Source: Balanoglossus misakiensis
Taxonomy: Eukaryota; Animalia; Hemichordata
Reading direction: 5' to 3'
NCBI GenBank assembly: GCA_040954595.2
Contig: CM082581.2
Coordinates: forward strand, 6,068,699-6,132,698
DNA: 64,000 nt
Part shown: in pieces, positions 38,383 to 53,200 of the stretch
Layout of the letters: each line of letters begins with the position of its first letter
Position numbering within the stretch: the first letter of the stretch is position 1
The notes under the pieces: model-generated
Told to the model about the DNA's origin: nothing
What the model saw: only the letters and a program-made list of their open reading frames with translations
Databases searched by the model: none
Position numbers and translations under genes: made by a program

Positions 38383-41300
38383 CGAGAAATCATCCTCGCT
38401 TCAACAGTCAAGTTCATACACATTAGTGCTTCAGTGTAAAAGTTATAGAAAGCCAACACAAGTTAAAATGAAAAATCGATCTCACGTTCTGGAAACATGA
38501 AGTACTTACACATACATGTAGCCTCACCAGCGTAAAATTATTTTAAGGCGATATCTATACGCATGCAAATCTAGTCTCTGTCGAAATGATCCGGCGAGTC
38601 GAGTCTATAAGGCCGGTCCCGAACAAAACATAAATCAACGGCATCGACCGTGTGTTTTCCAAACAGGTGCACGGTTACCCACTGGTGGAACCTTGTGCCG
38701 CCATGACGAATTTCCATGAATTTCGAATTTTGCATATTTCTACGAATGCATGAAAAGAAGAGTTTTTCTGTATACATTTGTTCACTCGGCAACAATTTGC
38801 GAACGAAATTGTACCTACACCGGGGGACGTCCCTCGCCCGGTATGCCATTTTTACTGGTTCGCGATTAACCTCTCTAACTCTGACTTCTGTAGAAAACGT
38901 GCTTTAACTTATTTTCAAGCGAACTGGGGAATTAAAACGGAGTAAGTGGGGTCTTTAGCGTTGTGGATTTGTTTACTGAGTGTGGGGTTTATTAACAGGG
39001 CTTTACCGAGTTGTGAGATACTTTCAACATGACGTGTCCCTAACCCGAAGAGAGGGACACTGCATTGGAAGTTCGGCCACGTATTTCACGTACTACCTGA
39101 GAGGTGATGTTTATGGCTATGCAAGATGCCGCTTACTGTTTCTTCCCGAAAAGGAAGTCTCCCCGTGAAAAGATTTTTGCGTTTCTAAGTTTTATAACAA
39201 TGAAACGGATTTGTTCTGGCGAGTTTTGTTTCACACTCCATTTCTTGCGAGAGGTGTCGGCTCTTTGCCTTCACACGTTACTGCAGTATGTCGTGTGTTC
39301 GCGTATAGACCTGCAGCTTGCTTGCATCGAACTTGATATTTGCTACTTCTTGCTGCTGCTACTGTCCTGTTTGGGACAGTTGCGGACGGAGGAATTGCAG
39401 GGAGTGCCATAGAGCTTCTGAAATTGTACCAGCATTTTGGTATCCATTCAGAGTCACGACTGTTTTTTTTTCTGCCGTGTGCTTGTACTTTACATGCAAG
39501 TGTGTGTCTGCCGTTTGTACGCGTTAGTGTCCGCTGTGGCAGTTCTTGTCATTGGGAATAACAACTGCCATATTTTAAGCGCAGTGTAGCACATACAATT
39601 GAAACACTGAAAAGTATACCGACAATTCGACTTTCCCACAGTTTAATTTCAACCTTTGATGTGCAAATATGAACATATTATCTTTGTAATGTCATCTGAA
39701 ATCTACCAATTTGCTTTTTGAAACAGTTACTGGTGCCTCTCCTTCGCTAGCATTCAGACACACGGGACTCTTACGCGCACGAGAATAAATTGGGAGAGCG
39801 CAGATACAATGTAAGTCTGATTTAAAAAAAAAGGTCTGCCTTGTCTTTACCGGAATTTCTACCCTGTTTACACAGGTATAATAAGCCCCCCCCCCCAACG
39901 TGGAAGCAAAATTGAAGGATGACCTAACACAGCACCACTGCCAAGAAAGCAGCCTGAAGTGACGACTACCTGCTCGATCTCTGACGTTTCCAACATGGCT
40001 GCAACGTGGCGTTTTTGATGCTTAATAATAACATGATAAACATGTTATTTTTTTCTGTGATAAACAGCATCAACGATTCCTGGTACTTTTAGCAGAGTTC
40101 AGGGGCATCCAAGAAAACCGTGACGCCCCACTGGTATAAGTGGGGACGGCAAGGAAGGAGACTGGGGCGGCAAGAATGAAAGCTGCACTGACAATTCAGT
40201 CGAGAGTGTCTCCTGACAGATACAACATTTTCTAATGAAAATATTGTTTATCTAGCGAACTGAGATAAAACCGCTGCCGTCGACAGATCATGAGTCTAAT
40301 TAACTGATGGGCAATTTGTCAAAGAACTGGTACGAGTTTTAACGGGTATTACATGTTTGGAATTGCAGGCATTTGATCATTCAGTCTTGGCAGCGTATTT
40401 CTACAATGTATAGGGTGATATGAGGTCTGATATGTTCACTAAACGGTGTCTTTCTACCCAACACCTGTAGTATGGAAGGGAATCGAAGTAGTGAAGCGGC
40501 GATGATATCACGGACTCACTGGCGGAGGATGGTAATTTGGAGACCTAGTTATGACCAATTTGTCCACGTTCCTATTTGTACTCTCCTACCCACAGGAGCC
40601 CAGCGGGTACCTCACACTGTGTATACCAATAGAAATGCCCACGTCAACAAATGTGGGCCTATAAGAGTTATGTATACGCTCTCGACTATCTCAGTCTCAA
40701 TCCCAGATTCTCATGACTCCCGCAAATGTGTGTACTGCTTATTGCCTACCAGGTTAGTCCGGCAAAGGGATGGGTTAAACATTTGGTATAAATTTGTATT
40801 TAACATGGATATAAGCCACAGATATGTTCACGTCGGACGAGATAACCGACAAATGCAATCGGCCATTTTGAACTAGTTCTATAGTTCATGAACTAGTTCA
40901 ATCCAAAACACGTGGCTTAAAAGATACTTGTTCTGAATACCGAGTAAATAAAACAGGTTTTGTTTTTTGTGTGCCATGAAATTGAAATTATTATAATTTG
41001 AACCTGTGCTCAGTTGAATGCCCCGCCGGACACCTCATATCAGCGACTATCTTCGGCATTCTCTGAGGTCTGCAGTACAGTACATGTATATACAGAATTC
41101 CATTCACGCCTACAAAATTAGCGTTTATTTTCATTCTTATTAATTAAAATATATAATTTGCATCGTGTTCGGGAGAATATCAGGTCGACTGCCTTCCATG
41201 CAATTAGAACAAGACTAGGGCTTGGCAACATGGTTGTTGAAGCCTTGTGGTGCAGAGGTGACAGGGGGTTCAGCATTATGCAGATGGTCAAGAACCGCAG

Positions 41301-43435
41301 AATGCAGATGGCAAAAACCGATAACTTCACCGCAGACGACCTGAAATCTGTTCACACCCTACACCTCCCTTTTTCCACTGTACTATTCGACATTGGAGAA
41401 GTACATGTACCAGCTATAAATCTTGAATAGTCTCCAATTCAGCCAGGGCTGTGGCTCTGAAAAATTTGAAGGGTCGTTAAGGAATTCCACTTGATCTGGT
41501 GCAATTTCGCAGGGCAGTATTTTATCGAATTTGCGTTAAATCCACACTTCGCTCATCCATCAAAGGCTGGCACGCATAGGGTGATGATACATTTTACACG
41601 ACCCCTGTCCATCTATCAAATTCTACCCTGACACATTGACTGCAATTTTAAACGCTGGAATTTATTAATGCAATCGAGACACGCGTGATTCGTGTCTTTT
41701 TCTGACCTGTTCGGTCACGACGCTTGAATTTTCGAGGATTACTTCATGTGTTGTCACACCACTTCACTTCACTTCTCAAAATATCGATCATCGCGACCCG
41801 ACCCGCACCAAATGATCGATCACTTCTCCCAAACAGTGGTGACAAGACACTGGGTGGATGCGAACACAAAAAATAACGTAAACGCCCCTTCTTCTTCTGT
41901 TTGCAGCTGTAGATCTTTTCGATGCTAACGTTTACAATGACTACATGCACATATCATAACATCTCCAGTGGATAAAGTGGAAAACATATATGGCATGCCA
42001 TAATCATTTATGCCCAGTTACGATTCTTGACTGAAGTGATGAAATCACTTCTCACATTATTAAAATTCTTGAGGATAATTGACGATAAAGCCTACTTGGC
42101 AAATGACTCGATTATTCAAAGCGACCATTAAACATGATTCAGATAATCTGGGGAGCTTACTGCACTGACTATATCTCCCCAAGAAGCACACACACAGGCG
42201 AGTTAATTACGCCTTATGTGTGCTTTACGATTTTGCGTCGAAAAAAAGTTAACCGTTATTTCTAGTGTATACTGATGACTGATTACAATATTTTTCGTTT
42301 TAAATTGTGATAACCTAATAACTCAAATAATGAGGCCATGTTCCTTCATGTACAAGTGGTTAATATACTTGAGTAGTCCAGAAACAGAAAAAAGGGAAAT
42401 GTAAAAATGAAAATTTTGACAGAGTGCAATCTCACGATAAGCGAATGGTTTACAATCACAGTAAGTATCGCCATGGGAACCATTTTTTTCAAGGGGGAAA
42501 ATGGCCAAATTTGGCATGTTGAGACGTGAAGTTGTTATTTGTACAATGTTTACAATTGTCGTCAGAAATTTGTGCTGTAAATATCTGTAGGCCTTGGATC
42601 ATGCAATTAGACCCACACACGTAAGACAGATTTCCGAGTTGTCGATGTGACACAAGCAATAACTGTGCAATAACAGAAATCCCCGTATGGACATTCATAT
42701 ATTTTGTTTAGACCAAAAACCATCATGGCCGCCATTTGTTGTTTCAGTTTGGGCTGAGGTTACATTGAGGTCAAGCGATAAGAAACAAAACTGCGTCGTG
42801 CACAGGTTTTAACGCCGGTTACACTCACAATACGAAGTTGTAATGCCATTTGCATGTACATTCCCATGAAAATATCAAAATGGTACGTAATATCAAGTCC
42901 TGGAAAGAAAGAAAGTAAGAAAGTGTGTGTCTACTGTACGTCACCAAAACGACATTTGAATATTTATGACACTATGTACATGTATATACACTGGTGATTA
43001 GTTCGCGATCAAGGGCCCTCAGAAATTGTAAGCCTAGCTCCACTTTCTGTGAAAGTGTCCATCTATGTAATGGTAGCTGCAACTGTCCATATCTAAATGC
43101 CTTACCAGTTCAGAAATGCAGACATTATAGTGGTACCTCCCACGACGAATGCGGTGCTATGGTTTACACACCACGCCCAAATTGTACTCGGACTGAGCTG
43201 GTCTTCATTCAAAATTGCATGGCAACACTGGGGCGTGCTAAGTATGGCAACGATTCGTCGTTTCGTCATATACATGTCTTCGAAAGAACCCGACAATTAG
43301 CTTGCCACGTTTATATAAAATCATACATTTATTCACCAGTATTTTCTGTACGACACATTCTCATTCGCTGGGTTTTGTTATACGGAGAGAGCTGTTCGGA
43401 GTGTGGTTGTCAAGGTACAATTTACACGTGCATTG

Positions 43436-43511
43436 TCTATAAAGGCCACCTGTCTATAGAGGCCAGTTTCAGAAGTCCCTTGACTGACTGCTATAGACAG
43501 GTTTGACTGTA
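43436..43511. mobile_element. Truncated Tc1/mariner(pogo)-type MITE end
   Basis: Ends ctatagacaggtttgactg|ta, the reverse complement of TA|CAGTCAAACCTGTCTATAG, a typical Tc1/mariner-superfamily terminus with a TA target. An internal inverted copy acctgtctatag and repeated tatanaggcca units are present; the left terminus was not seen. Confidence 0.55.
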
Positions 43512-46500
43512 ACTGACTGATATACATGTACGTGTATTTTGCTCGGATACTAAGTACATCCAAATTGCAACGAAGTGAAAAATTGAATTTGACAAGATAA
43601 ATACCATAAAACTATTCAAAATGCAAGTTGCCTTTAAGATATTTTCCTCGGCTTGCTGTTTTTGTCTATATACGTGTACTTTGTGACTATTTTTTTTTCA
43701 TTTGTTCATAAAAAACGAGTGATTTGAAACCTTACAGTTATGTGTCCAGTCGTTGATCATAGACGAATCGAATATTCAACAGTGCGCTACATGCATGTTG
43801 CTATGACAATAGTGTTTTCTGTCAACATATATTTTGCGATCACGTGCTCCCTAATTTATATTCGTGTCTTTTGTGGCGCCGCGTTGTCATTGTTGGTTGA
43901 CCCGATTACTTTGTTGTTTGTGTTTTTGTGAGAGGGCGGCGCCCGGGGGGAGGGGGCGACTGCAGGAGAGCGCACAACACACACTGAGACACATATGGGC
44001 AGGTAGAGAACCGGACGGGCAGGGGGTGGACAGTCTATTGAACTAGTATTAGCGTAGTTAATAGAAGCGGAGACTTCACAATCCCGATTTTAAGACGTGC
44101 AGGCGTCTTTTCTGTTTTTACACGACACACGTATGTGTAATATGACAAATCTCTACATCGAATTAACATTTAACTCAAACATGTTTGTATGCGGCCAAAG
44201 GTGTTGTCTGTTTGACACGCCTGCTGAGCACATGAACCCAGGATCTTGTCACGGTATTGATTTTTTTTTAATATTTAACAATTCCGAGATAGTTTGCTCA
44301 AGCCACGGAAAGACAATCATGGGTGTGGACCACAGGTGCACTTGAAGTATAAAAAAAAAAACAGAAAAACAATACAAATATAAATGCAATTCGAAAGTGA
44401 ATTGTTTACTAACAGAAGTGTAATGGCTGCGAGTAATGTAGCACGCACCTCGAAAATCAGTCTCACATAAACTTTTTTTCTCATATTTTGATTAAGGTAA
44501 CTTTAGATTATTCTCCTTCATTCTCAACAAAATTGGGGGTCATCTGGCAAATTTGAACTTCAAAATGGCCGCTAGTCTCTGTGTTAACTCTACAGAGAAA
44601 TTTTAAAGCAAGACAAGCTTCAAATACAGCGATAGAAACATTTGCAGAACTTTCGTCTATTCTGAAAGTTCAATAGCCACATTCAATATGAAAAGCAGAA
44701 GAGGATATGCATGTACAAATGAGTTTCACACGCCGTGAGAAATACAGAAAGACGTTAATATCCTTGCATACCAACTTCCTGTCTACTAATATAGGCGCCG
44801 CTTAAAAGACCGCTTTATTACAAGACATGCCTGGGCCTAGCCTAAGATCTAATATACGCCACACACCTCCTACACTATTTAATACTTTTACATTGTAAAT
44901 CTTCATGACCAGCGGAAATAAAAACACTAGCTACGTAACAACGTCTGCTGGTATGGTCCACCTGCTTGTTTTATTGCATCCCATTGAAGCGTCTTTTCAA
45001 CACATATTACATGTACTTTAAGCTGGTGGAATACTCAAAAGTTAGAATATTGTCACTTACCCGATTTTTATGTAGATCGTTTATTAATGAATGTTAAAAA
45101 ACAAACAGAGAGAGAAAAAAGGGTGTTCCCATAGCAACTTTTTCAGTTATGGGGTTTTTAAATATTAGGGAAAATGTTGAGTCAGCACTTTTCTCGCTCT
45201 CCTTAGGCTACAGTTTTCCTATGGTGGAAATATCTGAACAGATCTATCAAAAAATCAAGCACGGTGACATAGTGATTTCTGTATATCATTTAACAATACT
45301 CCTATTTTGGCACCTTTTGTAAAGAAATTGCAATTTTGTACTGTTTTCTCAAAAGTCTACATTTAAGGCTATGGGGTGTGATAACCACGCACTGCATCTG
45401 GGAATATAGTCATCTACCTTAATCACGTGGAAAAGTAAAAAATCTCAATGCTACAACAGTATTCGTTAAGCTTGTTAGCCTCCCTATGCATAACCATATT
45501 AACATTTAGCTAATGTGCTTTTATTATAAAATTCATTTGCTTTTGATATTGGTCAACATCCGAAGATTTTTCAACGGCTCTGCATGGCTGAGTAGAAAAT
45601 TTTACAGCAAAACATATTTTAGTGCTTTTCAAGCAACAAGCCTTTAGTTGTACTTCGTCTTTTGCGACAAGGGAAGCCAACGGTTCACGATATATCGCCG
45701 GGGGGGGGACTAAAGATATTACAATCATCAACCCATGCTCTGTGAGGTGGTGCATTGTTTTGAGAAGCGGTGAGACAGTCTATCAAACACAATACAGGAT
45801 CTGAACGCGGATCTTCGTGCACTTCATCAATATCAAGAGAGGGCGAAAACAGCGCCGCCATGTCATTTTAACGCACACGAGGCATTAAACCGGTTGTCGA
45901 GTCGCGCTAACTCCGGGGCCGTGGTTCGACCGATAGCCATGCCATTATTCGCGACCTACGTGCAACACGTGTAGTCCACTGAACGACAACACAAGTCAGC
46001 GAGGTGACCTTATTTCACTCCGATTTAATTCTTGGGAGTTCAACAACCCGAAGGTTTCAATCGGCGAGAACGCGACCACAGCGCGGACACGGAGAAAGAG
46101 GTAAGTTCAGTTGCGCGCGGAACTGAGGAGCGTTATTCGCCCCCAGTAATGTAAGTCAGATCGTTTTAGGTATACCTGAAGGTTAGAGCGACCGAGTCCG
46201 AACCCAGGCAGTCAACATTTTATTCCGTTGTGGCACACGCCAGAACAAGCCACGCAGACGGTGTTCACGAACCATGTTAATCTATTCACACTCAAAAACG
46301 GTCGATTTGAGAGCTTACATTGTGAAGGGCGGCCTACTTTAATTTACCAGAAGGTCACCTGACCCGAATCCACGATCTGGGTGCTGCGATGAGGTAACAC
46401 ATTTGCGCAGGCGTTAATAGTTGTTAAAGGTCGGGGTCTGAACGGCCTTGTTCGGTGTTTCAACTCGACACTTGGCTGCAGTTTCATACATTTCGTAGAA

Positions 46501-49500
46501 TCGAGAATCGCGATTCTTGGAAATTTAAAGAAGGGGAAGATCGGGGTATATCGGGCGGCAACACCTGCAATTTTCAGACTTCAGGTAAATCTTGAACAGT
46601 TTTTTCTACTGCGCAATCGACATTTAGTGTAATGAGAACACAATGGACGCTAGATTAAGTATTACCGTTTTAACTCTTGTCATTTTCCCGGCAGGTTAAC
46701 TGGGCAGGTCTATCCAGTGATACTGCAGAGATCTGCTGAATATGGTACGGTAGAAGTCTCAAGAATCGTGTTCTGACGACATTTAACGTGAAACGTTCAT
46801 GGAGTGATTGACAACAAACTGACCGGCCGAAGAGAAATATGTATATTCTTTACAAACAAGTGCTTGACGCTGCAGTGTCAAAATATTGATTTTCACGTAA
46901 TTTTAATAAGCAGAGGTTCAAAAAGCGTTGTGTGCGATTGATTGTTTTAGCAGCGCGCTTTGTAACGTCATGCATCACTACTAAAAAACAATTCGTGTAT
47001 AGGGATTGACATAAGTCTACAAACATGGTAAGAGCTTCTCTGTCCGACTCGCTTTTCGCGGGCAGAACAGACAAATACGTAATATACATGTAACTCGATG
47101 CGTACCCACACGCACGCACACACAAGAAGTGCGTCGACGATTCGGGCTGCTCATGACATCATACTTCTAACTTTCACTCTAGTCTCTAGATCTTGAAATA
47201 TCTAAAAACAGACCTTGTCCTCGGTGACCCTGTTCGGAAGAAGTGTGTGCATTAATCCAACAAGTGGCTGTAAATTTCGGCGATTGCATGCTTTCAGCTG
47301 TAAGAGCGTATATTTTTGGAGTATGCCATAAACAATGGTATGTTACAAATACTTAGTGTGGTGTATTGTGACTTGGTTTTTAGTAGTGAGACAGACATTG
47401 ATTTGACACGCAGTCTAGATAACCTAAGTTTTCTACCTCATTTAGGGAATTGTCCAAGTTTACGGTTACATAGACCTCAGTCCCGCCTTGCCTTTTATAA
47501 GAAGGGGCTTTGCTTATCGGCTCATTACTATTCAAAACTTAAGCTTAGGTCCTAAGTCGATTTCAGTCTGGATAAAAAAATGTATTTCAACCAAAGATTG
47601 ACCATAACTTAAATTTGTCTATTTACTCTAACGTATGTCTTAGTTATGTAATTCTACTTAGATTTAGTTACAGTTTGGTCGCTGTCTTCTCCCAGTATAT
47701 CAACTTGAACTTGAAGCACTTTGCATGCATGTGCGTCTCTTTGAATTTCGAAGTTCAAAATGAAAACCTCATGCCTCGTGGGGGACGGTCAACACTTCAC
47801 TGAATCATCTTAATTTACATATTACTGAATACGTCTACAAAAAGTGGTTTGGTGTCAAGGGAAGTCGGTCTGCATGTGAGTGCATTCTTGGTTGACCGGG
47901 AGGGCTGTCGCAAAATGGGACATAGCAACCTCCGGCCGCACCAGAGACAGGTTGGTCATTCTGTCATCCAAACGCTTGGCCAATAACGTGCCATGCAGTG
48001 GGTGACGTGACCAAAAGGGGCGCATTTTGATTGGCCGAAATCAAGTGAAGGGAAGACACAATAGGCAATCAAAGCTTGCATTCCAGGGGAATTGCGAATA
48101 TTTGATTATCGCTGTCTCAACCACACGTGACATAAACTGGCAAATGATCGGGAAGTGCTGACTGCCGCATGTGCGTTTGCGAACTACGCAGTTGTCGTGT
48201 CCCAGCCCCCCCCCCCCCCACCCACGAGTTTTTAATGTTCGTGATTAAAATCACGAAGCTTCAGCATTTTCAGCGTGTTCACACTTCGTTAATACTTCGT
48301 GATTGATTTCTTGGTTTAAAGTTAGTTCGTAGCCTCATGTATCAGTGGTACTTCCTATACGGCGATCATCTACATTTAGTTCTACATTTTTGGCACAGTC
48401 CAACGTCAGTAAAATTTGAATTTGACTCTTATGCATCCGCTGTGATGACGTGTGCTGTTCACATTTCTGGAATTGGTTCTGCGCGCCAATCAACACAGAA
48501 GTAACCTGTGATGACCAAACAGGTGGTTGTTGATCCCACCGAGTGGATGCAAAGATGTCTACGTGTACATCAGGCGTCGAAGTAACATCGAAACGCAAAC
48601 ACGATACCCAGCACTAATAATAACGATATGCAAAGAAAAAAACTCGCAGCTGTATCTGCAAAAGGACGATACTCGTATTTGGAGTCAAATTCACAATGAC
48701 AGCATCAGAATGTCTAGATTGCAAACGCCCATGTTACTCCGTATTATTTGAAAGTGAATTTGCGCAAAAAATGTAGATATAAAAAGAATATATTGGAATC
48801 TAGTAGTGTATTACATAGCAAAGGTCCCCTATATAGTACGTCCACGTGTACCAGCAACTGTTCAAAAAAGTCTTTGAGTTGTAAAATTATTAGCCACGGT
48901 TCAAATTGGCCAAGGCGATGCACTGTATGTAGGCCAGCTGTACAAAAGGACACTGCACGCACAGAGAGCCATTCTTTCATTCGCTTGTTCGTCAACACGT
49001 ATAAATATGGGTATATGCATCCACAAGTACACGGGTATTTAACCAGCTATCTAAATGCTTTCTTCAGATTCACAATAATTTGTGGCACATTTTCTTTCTT
49101 TTGGCACTTTCAAAACCTGTGATGATGGCAGAAATCGAAGGGCGTGTCAAAAAGGACGCGTTGAAGATAATATCACTGCGCGGCCGATGGTCGACTCTCT
49201 GACTTAAAACATAAATTGGTGGCGTGAAGATAAAAATTTGACGTGAAATGTTCTACTCACCACGGATGAAATTTGAGCCTGGTTTCTTCTTTATAGCAAG
49301 TTGGACAGAAGCGAGTTGCAGTTTCGCAATGTAGATTCGAAGAACCTTGCATCGGAGAACGCTCTTTCTACTGGTTTCAGCGAACAACAGAGTACGCAGA
49401 GAATATTGATGTCTGAGTTCTCGATCGGTGATGCGTTGTTTTATTTAGCTAAAACTGGTTTTTGAGGCAATTGCGACGTTTTGAGAACTGATAGTTTCGT

Positions 49501-50254
49501 GGAAAGACTTGAAAAAAAGAAACTTTCAAAATAATTAGAGTATGCACCGCGACAGGTATGTCAACCAGTCGGTGTGGCAATTTTCATCGCTTGATCTGTA
49601 GACGTTCATCAAGTATTACCAGGAATTCCCAAATGATTTCTGGGAATCTTCTGTGAGGGAAAAGAAAACGAGGCCCCCTCTACCGCCCAAATCACCGATG
49701 TATGCTGAATACGTGGTTTAGGCAGGTGTCCTCAATTTAACCCGTGTCCCACTTTGGCGGTATCGGTATCGAAATCGGGCAATGCACTCAAAAACCGTCC
49801 TTTTAGAGATGATGTGGGTAGCTACTGTTTGCAATTACATGGTGTTTTTTTCAAGCTCCACACGCAATTCAGAGTAACTCTTGTACTTTCTTCTCAAAAG
49901 TTGTTATTTTTAATGTTTATCCATAAGGATATAATGACCTTCACGTTAAGTGTTTCGACCAAATGTGTTAATGCCATACTTCGGAAGTGCTGTGGCGTGT
50001 GACGTTAAACATACATGTATAAACAGGAAGAGCCCTGGTTGACTTTGTGTTAACATTTTTCAGGTGCCATTTTATCTGAATACATTGAGATGCGGGCGTT
50101 GGATGTGCGCAATCTCCGCCAATTAATATTAACGCGAGAAAATGCATGAACAATCGGCATCTATCATCACTGTCACGGGATTACCCAGCACTTCATAAGG
50201 TCATTCCAAGGCCACCTCCGATTGTGACGAAGTAATCTCGTTATCGCGCGGTAG

Positions 50255-50440
50255 AGAGAAGGGAAAGCCCCGGTTTATTGGCACGCGATTGGTCAGTTTC
50301 TCAGGGGCGCCATTGTTGCGGTCTCCATATATGGAAAGTTATCATGACGTGACACCTGCTCATAATGTCATTGTTTTCTCGTGTATTTTGTACTTTAGCG
50401 AAAAAACAATTACGTCACACAAAATGGTGCACGTGGCTAT
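50255..50440. promoter_or_regulatory. Candidate signal-responsive enhancer (kB-like, CCAAT, CArG, CRE-like, E-box cluster)
   Basis: gggaaagccc 50261, attgg 50288, perfect CArG ccatatatgg 50325-50334, tgacgtga ~50345, ttacgtca ~50410, cacgtg ~50430. Motif matches only. Confidence 0.4.
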
Positions 50441-52480
50441 AGCTTGAGCGGTAAGATTATTTCAGTCTGAGACAAATCAACGTTGCAAACATGATTGACC
50501 ATCATTACAATAACTCTCTTTCCTGTCATTTTCCTATTTTCATATCCAATATGAAAAACAAACGACTTGACTAGATTTAGTAAAATGGGCAAGGGTTCTC
50601 CTTTCTGAACCTTAAGTTTGTAAATTAGGCATGTAACTTTCTTCAGTTAGATTAGTCACACTTCCACTTGCCAGTTCTCCTTGTGTTATTTCTAACAAAT
50701 ATACACGATGTTCTGTCTACCGCGTGCGTGGTTGTGTGTGCTGACCCTTAATGACGTTTACGTCCTTTTTGATGCAAGGTTTTAAGTTTATCGGTGTGTT
50801 ATCGTAAATTAAACAGTGGAACGAATTTTACCGATAGCGCAAGCTGGGGTCGCGTTCATCATAGAGCCGATTTCTGTTCACAAACACACCGTCGGCATTG
50901 TTCCCACTGTTCGGCGAGACCCTGTCAACGAGTACGTGTTGTGTCAAAGTAAATTTATAATTGGAAATGTGACAAAAAGCATCATCGCATTGTTTGCCGT
51001 GATGTACGCTATAAGGCAGTTATATTGTGCGCTTACTTTGACTTGATGGCAATGGTGTCGTATGGGACCCGTATCCGCAGGCGCAGACGGTGCGACACCC
51101 ACCCTTTGGATTTTGTTTCTTTCGGTGATAGAATCTTTCTAAAAATGGCGCCTGATTGCAACACTTCTTTGTCGTAGATTTTGAGTAGATTTACGTCATA
51201 TAAAATGATACATGTACTATAGGATTGTAATGAAATAGGCGAGAGGAGGTAGATAAACTCTAGCAGTCCGCCTTTACGGTGTTAATATACATGTCATTGA
51301 CAGCCGCCGTTGGGTTAATATTTTTCATCGGGATAACGGAAACTGTAATATCGCCTGTGGGCGCTCTCTTGTATCCGAGTGTGGTCTTTATAGTTTTCAT
51401 TTGGTTGTTTATTTTGGGGGAAAGGAAAGAAAAATGTCAGAGTTTGTCGCTGGTGGGCGCCCTTCTCTCACAACTCATACACAACTGGACCCGGCCAATT
51501 TGTGTACGTTGCCTTGTTAGTTTGTATAGTCAGTCATTTGGCATAATCTGACTGGTCTGCTCATACGTTTCTCTCAGTTTCTGTGGTCAACTATGAAAAA
51601 TCTGCAACTTTGCTATTGATGTCGAAACACTTGGCATGCGTTCGAGCTCTCTGACTTTCAATGGCAGTAAAATTCGGTGTTTCAGCGACTCAATGGCACA
51701 AACACACATGCATGTAGCCGCGGCACTTAGTGCCGGTAGAGCGCCCTCCGGAACGACCTCCAATATGCACTTGTCTTTATGAATGTACATTTGTCCAGGA
51801 GTTTCCGGAACTTCGTGTCAGCTGCAATCAATTGTTCCGGGCGTGTTCGGACGTACGGGGGGGGGGGGGGGGGGAGGATGGTTGGATGGGCAGGGCATTC
51901 AACTTTGAGGAGAATATTATTAATAGCTTTAAAAGTCTCAGTTGCGTTTGTCTTCAACTATGACTCTTAACTATACCACTATGATCAATACTATACATCT
52001 AAATATAAAAATATAGAGAATTCAATGTAAAAGGATAAACAATACAACTATGTATATGTGCTTCTTGATCTTGCTAGAAATAAAATTGAAAGATCATCGG
52101 CATTACAGAAATTCACGTATGTCCCATGGAAAAAATGAACTAATCTTCCGTATCCGAAGGCCCGCCTCTTATGCATCCAGATAGACATGTTCGTGCAGAT
52201 AACCGGGAAATGATGCGTTTTAAACGTGTATTAATTAGTCCCTATTGTGGCAGTATGATGCACTGAGAGAAAGTCATCAGAATGCCATCGCTTTGACGCA
52301 ATTCTTATTCGAATCAGAATGCGGAAGCAAATGACAGAAATCACAAAGACAGTGTGTGGTAGAAATACTAGCAGTCACGACGTTTTAGAAATTGACACCG
52401 GCCGCGGTACACATTCCATTAACCTAAATTTTAAGTATAGGACAGAGCAACCAGAGAAATCCCTGGGTACTATGTCATTT

Positions 52481-52575
52481 GTCTCTGTCTCTGTATGTTT
52501 CTCTGTCTCTCTCTCTCTCTCTCTCTGTTTCTCTGTGTGTCTCTCTCTGTGTGTCTCTGTCTCTCTGTCTCTGTC

Positions 52576-52672
<97 letters not shown>
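52481..52672. repeat. (CT)n/(CTGT)n compound microsatellite
   Basis: Directly visible; explains the SLSL/RERE ORFs. Confidence 0.97.
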
Positions 52673-52674
<2 letters not shown>

Positions 52675-52734
52675 ATATCATAGTTTATCTAGGGGATCTA
52701 CGCGATATGGATATTAAACGGATAATTGCGGTTT

Positions 52735-53200
52735 GGTCGTGACGTGCGACCCGATTATGACGTCAATGGGAGAGTCATAAGTTATTGACAGCATGCAGTA
52801 ATTCTTTCACGATACCAGCATAATCAATACCGCCAAACAAAATGCCTTATCATTCTTTTCATTTCTCACTGACTCAGTCATCCGTCATCAAACGTAAACG
52901 TCACCATCCTGACCCAATTGTAGGGGGCGCTGTTCCGTGCGGGATTCCCTGTGACGTCAGCAATCCAGCAATCCGATTGACAAAGCACGTATACGTTTAC
53001 AGATGACGCAGCATTGCTTTGAATTAATACAGGGCAGGGCGTGTGTGTTCCCGGGCGCGTTGAAGTGGGTTTTGTTGCCATAGTGCCTGTTTAAACGTGC
53101 GACTGGCCAATCACAACGCACTTTCCTCGCAGCGTGACAAGCGATGCTGTCATTGTTTATTTTAGGAAGGTCACCCGATAAAAAGCCTTGGCCAGTAAAG
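52735..53200 (+). promoter_or_regulatory. Candidate CRE-rich proximal promoter of the 53410 ORF
   Basis: Two full TGACGTCA palindromes (52758-52765, 52952-52959), several TGACG/CGTCA half-sites, kB-like gggattccc 52941, CCAAT ~53107, TATA-like gataaaaa ~53178. Confidence 0.55.

Noticed and set aside
41158-41430. Protein-like 90-aa ORF (MVVEALWCRGDRGFSIMQMVKNRR...)
   Set aside because: No recognisable motif or convincing splice sites; possibly a decayed transposon fragment.
44435-44805. Possible decayed MITE (also repeat-like stretches at ~42380-42520, 45050-45530 and 20540-20860)
   Set aside because: It looks like an interspersed repeat, but I could not establish terminal inverted repeats, a TSD or a second copy in the window; a repeat library is needed.
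52918-52940. CTCF- or RE1-like GGGGGCGCTG motif (similar at ~17230 and ~60070)
   Set aside because: Partial matches only; not distinguishable from chance without PWM scoring or ChIP data.
50921-53002. Weak inverted similarity between ~50921-50975 (+) and ~52950-53002 (-) (VNEYVLCQS vs VNVYVLCQS)
   Set aside because: The core is about 21/26 nt; matches of this size are expected by chance in a 64-kb self-comparison and the extension is poor.
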